Source of the DNA: Archangiaceae bacterium
GTDB taxonomy: Bacteria > Myxococcota > Myxococcia > Myxococcales > Myxococcaceae
Direction: 5' to 3'
DNA: 22,654 nt
NCBI GenBank assembly: GCA_043750125.1
Contig: JAYVCD010000231.1
Coordinates: 1 to 22,654, forward strand
Within the stretch, counting starts at the first letter, position 1. Every line of letters begins with the position of its first letter. The position numbers and the translations under genes are program-made. Shown piece after piece: positions 1-9,077 of the stretch. The notes beneath the pieces were generated by a model, which saw only the letters and a program-made list of their open reading frames with translations, was not told the DNA's origin and did not search any database.

Positions 1-1311
1 CAGCGGCTGGGTGATCAAGAACTCGGGGTAGGGGCGATCGTAGTTGTAGGTGAAGAGATCCAGAAAGTGCCGCGGCTGGCTGGCGAGGTCCCGCCCGACC
101 AGCCCGAAGAATGCCAGCCCCAAAAACAGCGCCAACGCGTGGGGGCGCACGCCTTCCTCGAGCAGCCGGGCGATGAAGAGCCCAATCAGCACTGCCAGCG
201 CCGGAAGCGCGGGCATCACGTAATGGTGGAACTTCGTCGCGCTGAAGCTGAACAGCGCAAAGGTGAACCCCGCGCAGATCACCGCCCACGCGGTGAGCTG
301 GGCCTGGGTCGTCTGCTCGTTCAGCCGCACGCGCAAAGCCTCGGCGAGCGCGCCGGGAATCAAGGCCACCCAGGGAAACACCGCGTAGCCGCCCTGCTCG
401 ACGAAGTACGTGAAGCTGCCCCCGGGGGTCGTAGTGTGAACTCCGGCGGCAAACCGGTCGAGGTGGTCGTGGAGGAAGAATCGACGCCAGAAGACCAGCC
501 CCTCGAGATCCTTTCCGTCGAAGGCGACCATCGCCACGTACCAGGGCAGGGCGATCACTCCGAACAGCAGCGCGCCCTGCGCCAGCCGCATCTGGGCCAC
601 CTGGGCGCGCAAAGTCGTCGGCCGGGCGAGCAGCCACCACGCCATCCAGCAGACCGCGGGCAGCCCACCGAGCAGACCCTTTCCCAGCGCCGCGAAGCCC
701 ATCGCTGCGTAGAAGCCCAACCACCAGCGCGAGCGGGTCGCCGCGCTGCTGTTCGCGTCCAGCTGACCCAGCAGCGCACAGGCCCACCCGATCGTGATGC
801 ACGCGACGAACGGGGGGTCGGTCATCGCCTGACGGGCGGTGAAGAAGAACAGGGGCATCGTGGTGAGCACGAGGCCACAGGCCAGCCCCGCCGTGCGAGA
901 GGCGAGGCGACCGACCGCATGCGACAGCAGCCCGACCGCGGCAATCGCCAGCAGCGCAAACGGCAGCCGAATCGCCCACTCGGCGTACAGCGGCAACGGA
1001 CCCTGACCGGGATCTCGCACCGCCCACAGCCCCAGCGCCGCGAGCCAGGGCGTCAGCGGGGGCTTGGAGAAGAACCAGGCCTTTTCCCAGAACGGGTGGA
1101 CCAGGTCTCCGCGCTCGAGCATCGAGCGGCCCACTTCGCTGTAGTGCGTTTCCCACGGGTCCCACAGCCCGACCGCGCCGAGCCAGGGAATGAAGACCAG
1201 CGCGGCGAAGGCGGCGGTCAATACCCAGACCTGGGTGACGGCAATTCGGGCGTTGAGGCGTGCCCATGCCTCCGGCAAACCCGGGGCGGGCGAAACGAGG
1301 GAATGGGACAA
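1..1311 (-). CDS. ArnT/PMT-like (GT39/GT83-type) membrane glycosyltransferase, 3' end cut off by the window edge
   Basis: Not in the ORF track; translated by hand. TTG at 1311 with GAGGAG at 1318-1323. Reads ...FIPWLGAVGLWDPWETHYSEVGRSMLERGDLVHPFWEKAWFFSKPPL... and continues to HFLDLFTYNYDRPYPEFLITQPL at base 1. DPWExxY and KPPL are typical of this family, and there are many hydrophobic segments. Confidence 0.85.
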   Translation of the reverse strand, partial: MSHSLVSPAPGLPEAWARLNARIAVTQVWVLTAAFAALVFIPWLGAVGLWDPWETHYSEVGRSMLERGDLVHPFWEKAWFFSKPPLTPWLAALGLWAVRDPGQGPLPLYAEWAIRLPFALLAIAAVGLLSHAVGRLASRTAGLACGLVLTTMPLFFFTARQAMTDPPFVACITIGWACALLGQLDANSSAATRSRWWLGFYAAMGFAALGKGLLGGLPAVCWMAWWLLARPTTLRAQVAQMRLAQGALLFGVIALPWYVAMVAFDGKDLEGLVFWRRFFLHDHLDRFAAGVHTTTPGGSFTYFVEQGGYAVFPWVALIPGALAEALRVRLNEQTTQAQLTAWAVICAGFTFALFSFSATKFHHYVMPALPALAVLIGLFIARLLEEGVRPHALALFLGLAFFGLVGRDLASQPRHFLDLFTYNYDRPYPEFLITQPL

Positions 1312-1322
1312 GGGGTGCTCCT

Positions 1323-1709
1323 CTAGCGGCGCGGGCCGCCATCGAAGAAGGCGAAGCTTTCAAACCCTGCGTCGGCAGGAACTGCGTTCAGCGGCGAAGA
1401 TCCGATCGGCTCGTGAGGACCTGCGCCGGCCGAGTGAGGGGGAAAACGAATCGGCCCCTGACCCAGCGACAAGGCAAACAACACTGAAGCAGCGGCGGCG
1501 ATCAGCACTCCGGCGAGGGGACGACGCGCCGGCTCACCGAGAAGAGAATCGAGCCCGAGCTTGTGGAGCTCTCGCGTCGCCGCCTGCTGCAGCCGGCCGG
1601 CGCAGCTCGCGCACGCTTCCAGGTGTTGTTCGAAAGAGGGCAGCTCTTCAGGAGCCAGCCGCGCCTCGGCGAACCGCTTCAAGTCGAACACCGAGACGTG
1701 CGCGCTCAT
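1323..1709 (-). CDS. Putative zf-HC2 (ZAS) anti-sigma factor with one TM helix
   Basis: HLEACASC (HxxxCxxC) followed by hydrophobic LAGVLIAAAASVLFALSL. 4-bp overlap with the upstream sigma-like gene. Confidence 0.75.
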   Translation of the reverse strand: MSAHVSVFDLKRFAEARLAPEELPSFEQHLEACASCAGRLQQAATRELHKLGLDSLLGEPARRPLAGVLIAAAASVLFALSLGQGPIRFPPHSAGAGPHEPIGSSPLNAVPADAGFESFAFFDGGPRR

Positions 1710-2239
1710 TCGATCGCCGCCTTCAGTCGGGCCCGCACTTCACACAGGCTCTGTCGCAACCGCTGCAACGACAGCCCGAGTTGATCCGCAAGCTGGGCCT
1801 GCGGAGTGCCCGGGTTCTGCAGCACTGTCGCGAAGACCAGCTGCGCCCGGGGGGACAACTCGGACGCGGCGACCTCGGTCTTGCGCAGCAGCTGCCGGCT
1901 GTTCAGCCGGTCATCGGGCTGCGCGTGGGGGTCTGCCACTTCGGGCGCCGCGTCCCACGAAACATTGGGCCGGCGACGCTGGCGACGAAAATCACTGGCG
2001 AGGAACAGCGCCTGGCGAATCGCGAGGCCGGGCAGCTCCATTCGTTCGAGCTTGCCTGCAACCCTCTGCTCGAACAGCCGGCTCCACGCGTCATGGGCCA
2101 GCTCGCGCGCTTCGTGGAGTCGAAGCCCACGCGACAACAGCGCCAACACGACGACGTGGTCGTGGAGGGCGATCAGTGCTTCCCAATCGGTATCCTCCCG
2201 CACGCCCATTTCCTTCCAACGGCCCAGTGCGGGAGGCAT
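1706..2239 (-). CDS. Divergent ECF-type RNA polymerase sigma factor (start at 2239 or 2209)
   Basis: C-terminal part of track ORF 1706..2764. Region-2-like EARELAHDAWSRL and region-4-like LSPRAQLVF...QAQLADQLGLSLQRLRQSL; adjacent to a ZAS gene. Confidence 0.7.
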   Translation of the reverse strand: MPPALGRWKEMGVREDTDWEALIALHDHVVVLALLSRGLRLHEARELAHDAWSRLFEQRVAGKLERMELPGLAIRQALFLASDFRRQRRRPNVSWDAAPEVADPHAQPDDRLNSRQLLRKTEVAASELSPRAQLVFATVLQNPGTPQAQLADQLGLSLQRLRQSLCEVRARLKAAIE

Positions 2240-2250
2240 ATCGAACTTGC

Positions 2251-3624
2251 CTACTCTTCGCTGCTCTTCACCAATTGATACTTGTGGAGCAGCGAATACA
2301 GGTGTTTCCGGTCGAGCCCGGCGTCCCGCGCGGCCCTCGCAATGTTCCCCTGCGACTTCGAGAGCAGCCGGGTCAGGTACTCGCGCTCGAAGCCCCGGAC
2401 CAGCTCGTCTTTGCAGTCCTTGAACGGCCCGACGTACTTCACCGGCAGCTGCTCGCCGTCGACCTTCTGGGGGCCTGAGTAGTCGCGCAAGAACGCGTCC
2501 ATCGCCAGCTCGGGCATGTCGGCCATGTACTTGCGCCGCTCGACGAAGTTCCGCAGCTCGCGCACGTTGCCTGGCCAGGTGTGCCCCAGCACTTTTTGCC
2601 GTTCGGCCTCGGGCATCTTTTCCCACAGCGGGATGACGGCCCAGGTGTCGACCAGCAACGGAATGTCTTCTTTGCGATCTCGCAGCGGCGGCAGCGCGAC
2701 GGTGAAGACCGACAGCCGGAAGTAGAGGTCTTCGCGGAAGCGGCCTTTCTGGACCTCTTCCCACAGGTCCTTCTTGCTGGCGGCGATCACCCGGGTGTCG
2801 AACTTGATTCCGGCGCTCGAGGACCCGACCCGCCGAAACTCGCGATCTTCGAGCGCCCGCAGCAGCTTCGGCTGCAGCTCGAGCGAGAGATCATCGATTT
2901 CGTCGATGAACAGCGTTCCCCCGTCGGCCGCCTCCAAGAACCCCTTGCGCTGGCTGACCGCCCCGGTGAACGAGCCTTTCTCATGGCCGAACAGCTCGCT
3001 TTCGATCAGCTGATCCGGAACCGACGCGCAATCGAAGACCACGAACGGCCCCTGGGCGCGGGTCGACAACTTGTGAATCGTCTTCGAAGCCGCGCCTTTT
3101 CCGCACCCCGTCTCGCCAATCAGCAGCAGGGTCGATTCGGTCGGCGCGATTCGCTTGATCAACGCGAAGATCTGCCGCATCGGAGTCGACTTCCCCACCA
3201 GGTCCACCAGCCGATCTTCCTGCTGCGGCGAGACATCGAGCGCCTTGATGCTCGGCTGAAACCGCAGCTGCACATCGCCCACTTCCAGCATCGCTCCGGG
3301 CTTCAAGTACCCCTCGCGAATCTGGGCGCCCTCGATGAAGGTGCCGTTGGTGCTGCCCTGGTCCTGAACGAGGAACTGCTCGCCTTGTCGACTGAGCACC
3401 GCGTGGTTGCGGCTGACGGTCGGGTGGTCGAGGACGATGTCGTTCTCGGGCGCCTTGCCGATCTTCAGCGACTTTCCCATCGGGAAGCTTTGGCCCCGGG
3501 CGTCGGTGTTGATCAACACCAGGTGAAATTCCTGCGACGCAATCGCATCGATGCGCGCGCGCAGACCCAGCACGGTGCGCTGAGGAATTCCGCCTTTGGG
3601 GGACCCGGGGGGTGCCGTACTCAT
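2251..3624 (-). CDS. Sigma54-dependent enhancer-binding protein with N-terminal FHA domain and C-terminal Fis HTH
   Basis: FHA motifs IGK...VSRNHA...DQGSTNGTF; Walker [23 protein letters not shown]; Walker [45 protein letters not shown]. Start taken at ATG 3624 (MSTAPP). Confidence 0.95.
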   Translation of the reverse strand: MSTAPPGSPKGGIPQRTVLGLRARIDAIASQEFHLVLINTDARGQSFPMGKSLKIGKAPENDIVLDHPTVSRNHAVLSRQGEQFLVQDQGSTNGTFIEGAQIREGYLKPGAMLEVGDVQLRFQPSIKALDVSPQQEDRLVDLVGKSTPMRQIFALIKRIAPTESTLLLIGETGCGKGAASKTIHKLSTRAQGPFVVFDCASVPDQLIESELFGHEKGSFTGAVSQRKGFLEAADGGTLFIDEIDDLSLELQPKLLRALEDREFRRVGSSSAGIKFDTRVIAASKKDLWEEVQKGRFREDLYFRLSVFTVALPPLRDRKEDIPLLVDTWAVIPLWEKMPEAERQKVLGHTWPGNVRELRNFVERRKYMADMPELAMDAFLRDYSGPQKVDGEQLPVKYVGPFKDCKDELVRGFEREYLTRLLSKSQGNIARAARDAGLDRKHLYSLLHKYQLVKSSEE

Positions 3625-3663
3625 GATGCGGCGCCGAGTGTAGAGGCTAGTGTGGGGCGCGTC

Positions 3664-4326
3664 ATGCCCTTGTCGTTGGTCGGCTTCGATCTCGCCAGTG
3701 CTTTCTATGTCCGGCTCGCCGGGAAACAGGGCGCGCCTGTGCTCGTGCTGGGCAGCGCCGACGGGCGGGTCGCCTTCACGCTCTCGACCCGCGGACACCG
3801 GGTCGTCGGGGTCGAGCCGTCGGAACGGATGCACGCGGCCGCCAATGAACAGCGTCCTTCCGAGGCCGGCGCCGCCGACGTGCAGCTGCTGAACGCCGAC
3901 CTGCGCAGCGTGCGCCTCGAAGAAAAATTCGCGTTGGTGATCGCGCCGCAAAACGCGCTCGGGCTGATGGGCACGGCCGATGATTTCGAGGCGGCGCTCG
4001 CCACCGTCCGCTTTCACCTGGCGACCGATGGAATCTTCGCCTTCGACTTGCGCAGCGAAGCGGACTCCGAGCCCCCCGCGCTGCTGCGGCCTGCGTTCAC
4101 CGCTCACCTGCGCGAGCGGGCCGGACAATCGGTGCGCCGGCTGCGCCGAAGGGTCTTCACTCCGTTCGAGGTCGACGGGGCGCTGACCCGTTCGGGGCTT
4201 GAAGCCCGCGAGCGGTATGGTGATTTTCTCTCGCGCCCCTGGGAAGACTCGGACGAGGTGCAGGTGGTGGTCGCGGGTCCGCGAGCCGAGCCTCCGAGCG
4301 AAACCGGATCTCTGCCATTACCGTAG
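3664..4326 (+). CDS. Class I SAM-dependent methyltransferase-like protein
   Basis: C-terminal part of track ORF 2581..4326. [10 protein letters not shown] (degenerate motif I), [31 protein letters not shown]. Confidence 0.75.
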   Translation: MPLSLVGFDLASAFYVRLAGKQGAPVLVLGSADGRVAFTLSTRGHRVVGVEPSERMHAAANEQRPSEAGAADVQLLNADLRSVRLEEKFALVIAPQNALGLMGTADDFEAALATVRFHLATDGIFAFDLRSEADSEPPALLRPAFTAHLRERAGQSVRRLRRRVFTPFEVDGALTRSGLEARERYGDFLSRPWEDSDEVQVVVAGPRAEPPSETGSLPLP

Positions 4327-4333
4327 AGGCATT

Positions 4334-5320
4334 GTGAAACCACCGTCCTCCGAAGTGACCCCCGAGGCGCTCTACCTGCGCCGACGTGAATTCCTCAAAT
4401 CGGCCGGCCTGTTCGTCGCCACCACCGCGGTCGTCGGTGGGGGAGTGATCGCGCTGACCGGCGCCGGCAAAGCCAAGGTGCGGCCCCCCGCGCAGGCGCC
4501 GCTGGTGACCGGGACGGCGGCGGCACCCCCGCTGACCATCGCCAGAAAGGGCGAGTACACCGTCAACGAGGCGCTCACCTCGTACGAGGACGTCTCGACC
4601 TACAACAACTTCTACGAGTTCGGCACCGACAAGGACGAGCCGGCGCAGAACGCCCAGAGCCTCAAACCCCGGCCGTGGACGGTGGAAATCACCGGTGAAG
4701 TCGAAAAGCCCAGGCGGGTCGACATCGATGATCTGCTCAGGTCTTTCCCCCTCGAAGAGCGGGTCTACCGGATGCGCTGCGTCGAAGCCTGGTCGATGGT
4801 GATTCCGTGGCTCGGGTTCCCGCTGGCCGCGCTGCTCAAGCAGGTCGAGCCGACCTCGCGCGCGAAGTACGTCGCCTTCACCACCCTGCGCGACACCGAG
4901 CAGATGCCCGGCCAGAAACGGCGGGTGCTCGACTGGCCGTACGTCGAAGGGCTGCGGCTGGACGAGGCGATGAACCCGCTGACCCTGCTGGCCGTCGGGC
5001 TGTACGGCAAAGCGCTCCCGAATCAGAACGGGGCTCCGCTGCGGCTGGTGACTCCGTGGAAGTACGGGTTCAAAGGCATCAAGAGCATCGTGAAGATCGA
5101 GCTGACCGAGCAGATGCCGCCCACCACCTGGAACAAGTCGGCGCCGGGGGAATACGGCTTCTACGCCAACGTGAACCCCGAGGTGGCGCACCCCCGCTGG
5201 AGTCAGGCCTCCGAGCGCCGCATCGGCGAGTTTTCCCGGCGAAAGACGCTGCCGTTCAATGGGTACGCCGAGCAGGTCGCAGGGCTCTACAAAGACCTGG
5301 ACCTGAAGACCTGGTTCTAG
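4334..5320 (+). CDS. msrP: Protein-methionine-sulfoxide reductase catalytic subunit MsrP (molybdopterin, Tat-exported)
   Basis: GTG start at 4334; twin-arginine [30 protein letters not shown] (Mo-ligand Cys), [37 protein letters not shown]. Confidence 0.96.
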   Translation: MKPPSSEVTPEALYLRRREFLKSAGLFVATTAVVGGGVIALTGAGKAKVRPPAQAPLVTGTAAAPPLTIARKGEYTVNEALTSYEDVSTYNNFYEFGTDKDEPAQNAQSLKPRPWTVEITGEVEKPRRVDIDDLLRSFPLEERVYRMRCVEAWSMVIPWLGFPLAALLKQVEPTSRAKYVAFTTLRDTEQMPGQKRRVLDWPYVEGLRLDEAMNPLTLLAVGLYGKALPNQNGAPLRLVTPWKYGFKGIKSIVKIELTEQMPPTTWNKSAPGEYGFYANVNPEVAHPRWSQASERRIGEFSRRKTLPFNGYAEQVAGLYKDLDLKTWF

Positions 5321-5579
5321 CCGTCTGAAACGAACCCCGCTGAAGACACGGGGTAGGCCCCGAGCTTCGGGAATCGTCGCGCCACTTCGTTCAACTCGAC
5401 GTTTGCGCGGAGGCGGACGGTCCCCGAGGAAGGCTGCTTTCAGACATTTGCTCCTAACATTCAATCGAGGCTAAAAAAATCTGCAGTTTTTGCCTCAACT
5501 GAAAATCAGATCCAAAAAGGGGTGAAGTCACTTCCAGCGGGCCTTGTCCCCGCGGCGTTGCTGCGTAGATGCCGCCACG

Positions 5580-6397
5580 CTACATCGCGAAGGCAAAGCC
5601 CAGACAAACGGACGGCCGAACCGGAATTTCGCCGTCGAGCGAGAGCGATACCGGCCCGGCGAGCTTCAGTCGCGCTCCCGTTCGAGGCACGAGCACTCCT
5701 GCGAGCGTGGTGCTGATCCCCCGCGCCTCACTGGACTACCAGAGGAACGCGGGCCCCACCTCGGCGCCCAACCCGAGCCAAAGCGGCCCCAGGTCCCAGC
5801 CCCAGCGAAAGCCGAAGCGCGCCTGAATCGAGCTCTCGATGATCTGCGCCTCGTCGGCCACCCCCCGGGTCGTCCCCAACAGCACGCTGAGCACCTTCTT
5901 GTTCTCTTCGAGCCGGGGAGCCTCGAGCTGCTGCCCGGATACCGACGGAGCTCCTCCCTTCGCGGCGACGACCATCGACGAGGTCAGCACCGCCAGCTCT
6001 TCCCACCGAATCGATTTGCGCATCCCTTCGGCCAACACCACCCGTGCCCCCAAGCTCTGACCGCCCTTGTACAGCCGCAGCCCGTAGAGGGTGACCAGCG
6101 AGCCGTCGGCCCCTTCAGGCAAAATCAGGGACGCAGACGGCTTGACCAGTGAGGCGAGCACCAGCTCGCTGGCGACCAGGGTGTCGGTCAGCTTGATCGT
6201 GAACGGCTCGGCCGCCACGCCGCCCTTTTGCAGAAAGCCCGCTCCCGATTTGCAGGCGTCGACGATCGCCACCCGTAGGTCCGCCCCGCGTTGTTGCCCA
6301 CCACGATCGCCAGGCGCCGCGAGTCGGCAGCCGCGCGCAGCGGAAGGAAAGCTGTCACCGCCACCAAGAGCGCGAGCGCCCGCCCTACCCAGCTCAT
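5580..6397 (-). pseudogene. Disrupted secreted caspase-like (peptidase C14) protein
   Basis: Signal peptide plus RRLAIVVGNNAG jumps out of frame (~6280-6288) straight to LRVAIVDACKSG, so the His-Gly half of the domain is absent. In-frame TAG at 5736-5738, after which the frame stays open to ...VCLGFAFAM* at 5580. Confidence 0.75.
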
Positions 6398-7197
6398 TTT
6401 GCGGCCTTCACGAAATCCAGGCGGATCACCTTCGCGTCTCCCAGTTGAGGCTGGGCGGGGTTGGCCCCGACCGCCTGCTCGAGCGCTTTAGCGTCTACCG
6501 GCTCGCTTGAGAATACGGCCACCAGCTTCTCGTTTCCGGCGACGGCGTCCAGCTCGACCGAGCCGGGCAGCTCGTGCGAGCCGCGCTCGATCGCTGCGCT
6601 CCGGGTCCCTCCGAACGGGTGGTAGACGGTGAATGCTCCGCTGCCGTCCCGAGAGCCGATCAGCACGTAGCGGGCGTTGCCGGGGTTCACCACGAACCGG
6701 ATCTTGTCGCCGGGCCGCAACACCGAGCCCGCCTTCACCGGAAACTGCCCTTCGGCCGCGCGCTGGGCGACGACTTCCAACGCGATTCGAGCATCGCCTT
6801 TGAGCGTCACGTCCTGGCCAGCGGTCTTCGCGCCCTTGACCCCGATGTCGGCCGACCCGTCGCCCTGCGGGTCAAAGCTGCTGATGTTGTAGACCCCGAC
6901 CGCGACCAGCGCTGCGAGCCCCGCGCCCACCATCGGGCCGAACACCCGCCAGGGCCCGAAGATTCGCAGCCGATCCAACAGCGAGGGCTCCATCACCCGC
7001 GAGGCCACCTTCTCGAGGGTGCGGGGAAAGACGAACTGCTGGAATTTCTCTTTGTCTTCGTTCAGCTCGCGCCACCGGGTGCGGCAGATCGGGCACGCAT
7101 CGATGTGACCTTTCGCCTCGTTGGTCGCCGAAGCGTCGAGGCCCGACAGCATCAACAGGTCGATCGTCTCTGAGCTCAGATGTCCGCGCGCGTTCAT
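6394..7197 (-). CDS. zf-HC2 anti-sigma-like membrane protein with C-terminal DUF4384-like domain
   Basis: HIDACPIC, TM segment MVGAGLAALVAVGVY, then LRPGDKIRFVV...YVLIGSRDGSG...LPGSVELD...EKLVAVFS. 4-bp overlaps with both neighbours. Confidence 0.8.
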   Translation of the reverse strand: MNARGHLSSETIDLLMLSGLDASATNEAKGHIDACPICRTRWRELNEDKEKFQQFVFPRTLEKVASRVMEPSLLDRLRIFGPWRVFGPMVGAGLAALVAVGVYNISSFDPQGDGSADIGVKGAKTAGQDVTLKGDARIALEVVAQRAAEGQFPVKAGSVLRPGDKIRFVVNPGNARYVLIGSRDGSGAFTVYHPFGGTRSAAIERGSHELPGSVELDAVAGNEKLVAVFSSEPVDAKALEQAVGANPAQPQLGDAKVIRLDFVKAAK

Positions 7198-7678
7198 GCA
7201 GCACCTCCCATCCCCTCGCGGGAAAGGAACTTTTTCGACCGGGTCATGAAGTCATTGAGGCGGTTGATGACGGTCCTTCGCGAGATGCCCAGAGTGCGGG
7301 CGATCTGCTCCTGCTCCAAACCATCGATGTAATAGAGGATCGCCGAAGCACGCAGATTCTCGGGCGCGCGGGTGACCAGCTGCATCGCCAGGTCGCGATC
7401 GAGCAGCTGGGTTTCCGGGGTGGGGCCCCCCCGAGGTCGGGAAGCTCCTCGACCGGCTCTGCCTGGCGACGGCGATCGCGAATCTGGTTGAGGCAATAGT
7501 TGGTCGAGATCCGGTAGATCCATGCCAGTGCCGCCTGATCAGCGGGAGCTGTCTGGATGTGCCGCATCACCCGCACGACGACCTCCTGAGTGGCGTCCTC
7601 TGCGAAGGCGCCGTATTTCCGGTACAGGTCACTGACCCGCCCATCGGACTCAACCCGGGTCGAAGTCACGCTGTGCAA
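7194..7678 (-). pseudogene. ECF sigma factor, frameshifted and apparently internally deleted
   Basis: Region 2 (AEDATQEV...LAWIYRISTNYCLN) is in ORF 7244..7678 and region 4 (YYIDGLEQEQIARTLGISRRTVINRL) is in ORF 7194..7523. The frame switch falls in the G7-C4-A-C4 run at ~7417-7432. LYRKYG abuts AFAEDA, lacking the helix normally found between them. Confidence 0.8.
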
Positions 7679-7730
7679 CCTTTCATTTGCTTAGGCAAAC
7701 CCCCGGAATCTCCGTTAAACCGCTTCGCGC

Positions 7731-9077
7731 ATGTGCGGCATCTTCGGCATCTTCGGTCATGAGGAAGCGTCCAATCTCACTTACCTGGGATTGCATGCGC
7801 TTCAGCATCGCGGGCAGGAATCGGCGGGCATCGTCAGCTCGGACGGGGCTGCCCTCAAGTCCTACAAGCAGATGGGGCTGGTCGCGGACGTCTTCAATGC
7901 CACGACGCTGGCGCAGCTTCCCGGGCGCAGCGCGATAGGTCACGTTCGCTACAGCACCGCCGGCAGCAGCCTGCTCGCCAACGCCCAGCCCCTGATGGTC
8001 GCCTGGTCGATGGGCCAGATGTCGGTCGCCCACAACGGCAACCTGGTCAACCACGACGCGCTGAAGAAGAAGCTCGAGCAGGAAGGCACCATCTACCAGT
8101 CCGACTCGGACACCGAGACGGTGCTGCACCTGATCGCCCGATCGCGCGACACCACGTTCGAAGATCGGGTGGTCGAGGCGCTGAAGCAGACCGTCGGCGC
8201 CTACTCGCTGCTCTTCCTCACCGAAAAGAAGCTGGTGGCGGTGCGCGACGCCTTCGGGTTTCGGCCGATGGTGCTCGGCCGGCTGAAGAATGCCTACGTG
8301 CTCGCCTCTGAGACCACCGCTCTGGACCTGATCGAAGCCGAGTACCTGCGCGAGATCGAGCCCGGTGAGATGGTGGTCATCGACGAAGACGGCCTCAAGT
8401 CGACCTTCCCGTTCGAGAAGAAGCGACCGGGCCGCTGCATCTTCGAGCACGTCTACTTCGCCCGAAGCGACACCGAGTTGTTCGGGCTGTCGGTGTTCGA
8501 GACCCGCAAGAAGCTGGGAATGCAGCTGGCCAAAGAGCAGCCCGCGAACGCCGACGTGGTGATCGCGGTGCCCGACTCGGGAGTCCCCGCGGCCATCGGC
8601 TACGCCCAGGGCAGCGGTCTGCCGTACGACATGGGTTTGATTCGCAGCCACTACGTCGGCCGGACCTTCATCGAGCCGCAGCAGTCGATTCGCCACTTCG
8701 GGGTGAAGCTGAAGCTGTCGGCGGTGCGGGCGACGCTCAAAGACAAGCGGGTGGTGGTGGTCGACGATTCGATCGTGCGCGGGACCACGTCGCGGAAGAT
8801 CGTCAAGATGCTCAAAGACGCCGGCGCTCGAGAAGTGCACGTGCGCATCGCCAGTCCCCCGACCACCTGGCCCTGCTACTACGGCATCGACACGCCCTCG
8901 CGGCAGGAACTGATCGCCGCCTCGCATTCGGTGGAAGAAATCTCGAAGTACATCACCGCCGATTCGCTGGGCTACCTGACGCTCGACGGGCTGCACGCAG
9001 CGGTCGGCGACCCCGAACGCAAGACGTTCTGCTCGGCTTGCTTCTCGGGCGCGTACCTCACTCCGCTCAAGATTTGA
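7731..9077 (+). CDS. purF: Amidophosphoribosyltransferase
   Basis: N-terminal MCGIFG (catalytic Cys), [24 protein letters not shown] motif [13 protein letters not shown], and Fe-S-type cysteines (CIFE, CYYG, CSAC). Confidence 0.98.
   Translation: MCGIFGIFGHEEASNLTYLGLHALQHRGQESAGIVSSDGAALKSYKQMGLVADVFNATTLAQLPGRSAIGHVRYSTAGSSLLANAQPLMVAWSMGQMSVAHNGNLVNHDALKKKLEQEGTIYQSDSDTETVLHLIARSRDTTFEDRVVEALKQTVGAYSLLFLTEKKLVAVRDAFGFRPMVLGRLKNAYVLASETTALDLIEAEYLREIEPGEMVVIDEDGLKSTFPFEKKRPGRCIFEHVYFARSDTELFGLSVFETRKKLGMQLAKEQPANADVVIAVPDSGVPAAIGYAQGSGLPYDMGLIRSHYVGRTFIEPQQSIRHFGVKLKLSAVRATLKDKRVVVVDDSIVRGTTSRKIVKMLKDAGAREVHVRIASPPTTWPCYYGIDTPSRQELIAASHSVEEISKYITADSLGYLTLDGLHAAVGDPERKTFCSACFSGAYLTPLKI

Noticed and set aside
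67-1326. Long + strand ORF (419 aa) and similar long shadow ORFs (1190..2278, 4157..5464, 7683..9098, 9205..10575, 14644..15963, 18150..19430)
   Set aside because: Antisense or alternate-frame shadows of well-supported genes in GC-rich DNA, with no recognisable motifs.
5320-5329. GCCGTCTGAA, identical to the Neisseria DNA uptake sequence
   Set aside because: Only one full copy noticed (a partial reverse match at 14077-14086). Uptake sequences are highly repeated and the gene content is not neisserial.
5327-5375. CTGAAGA near GAAA, resembling a hammerhead ribozyme core
   Set aside because: The three stems cannot be built in the required order around these motifs.
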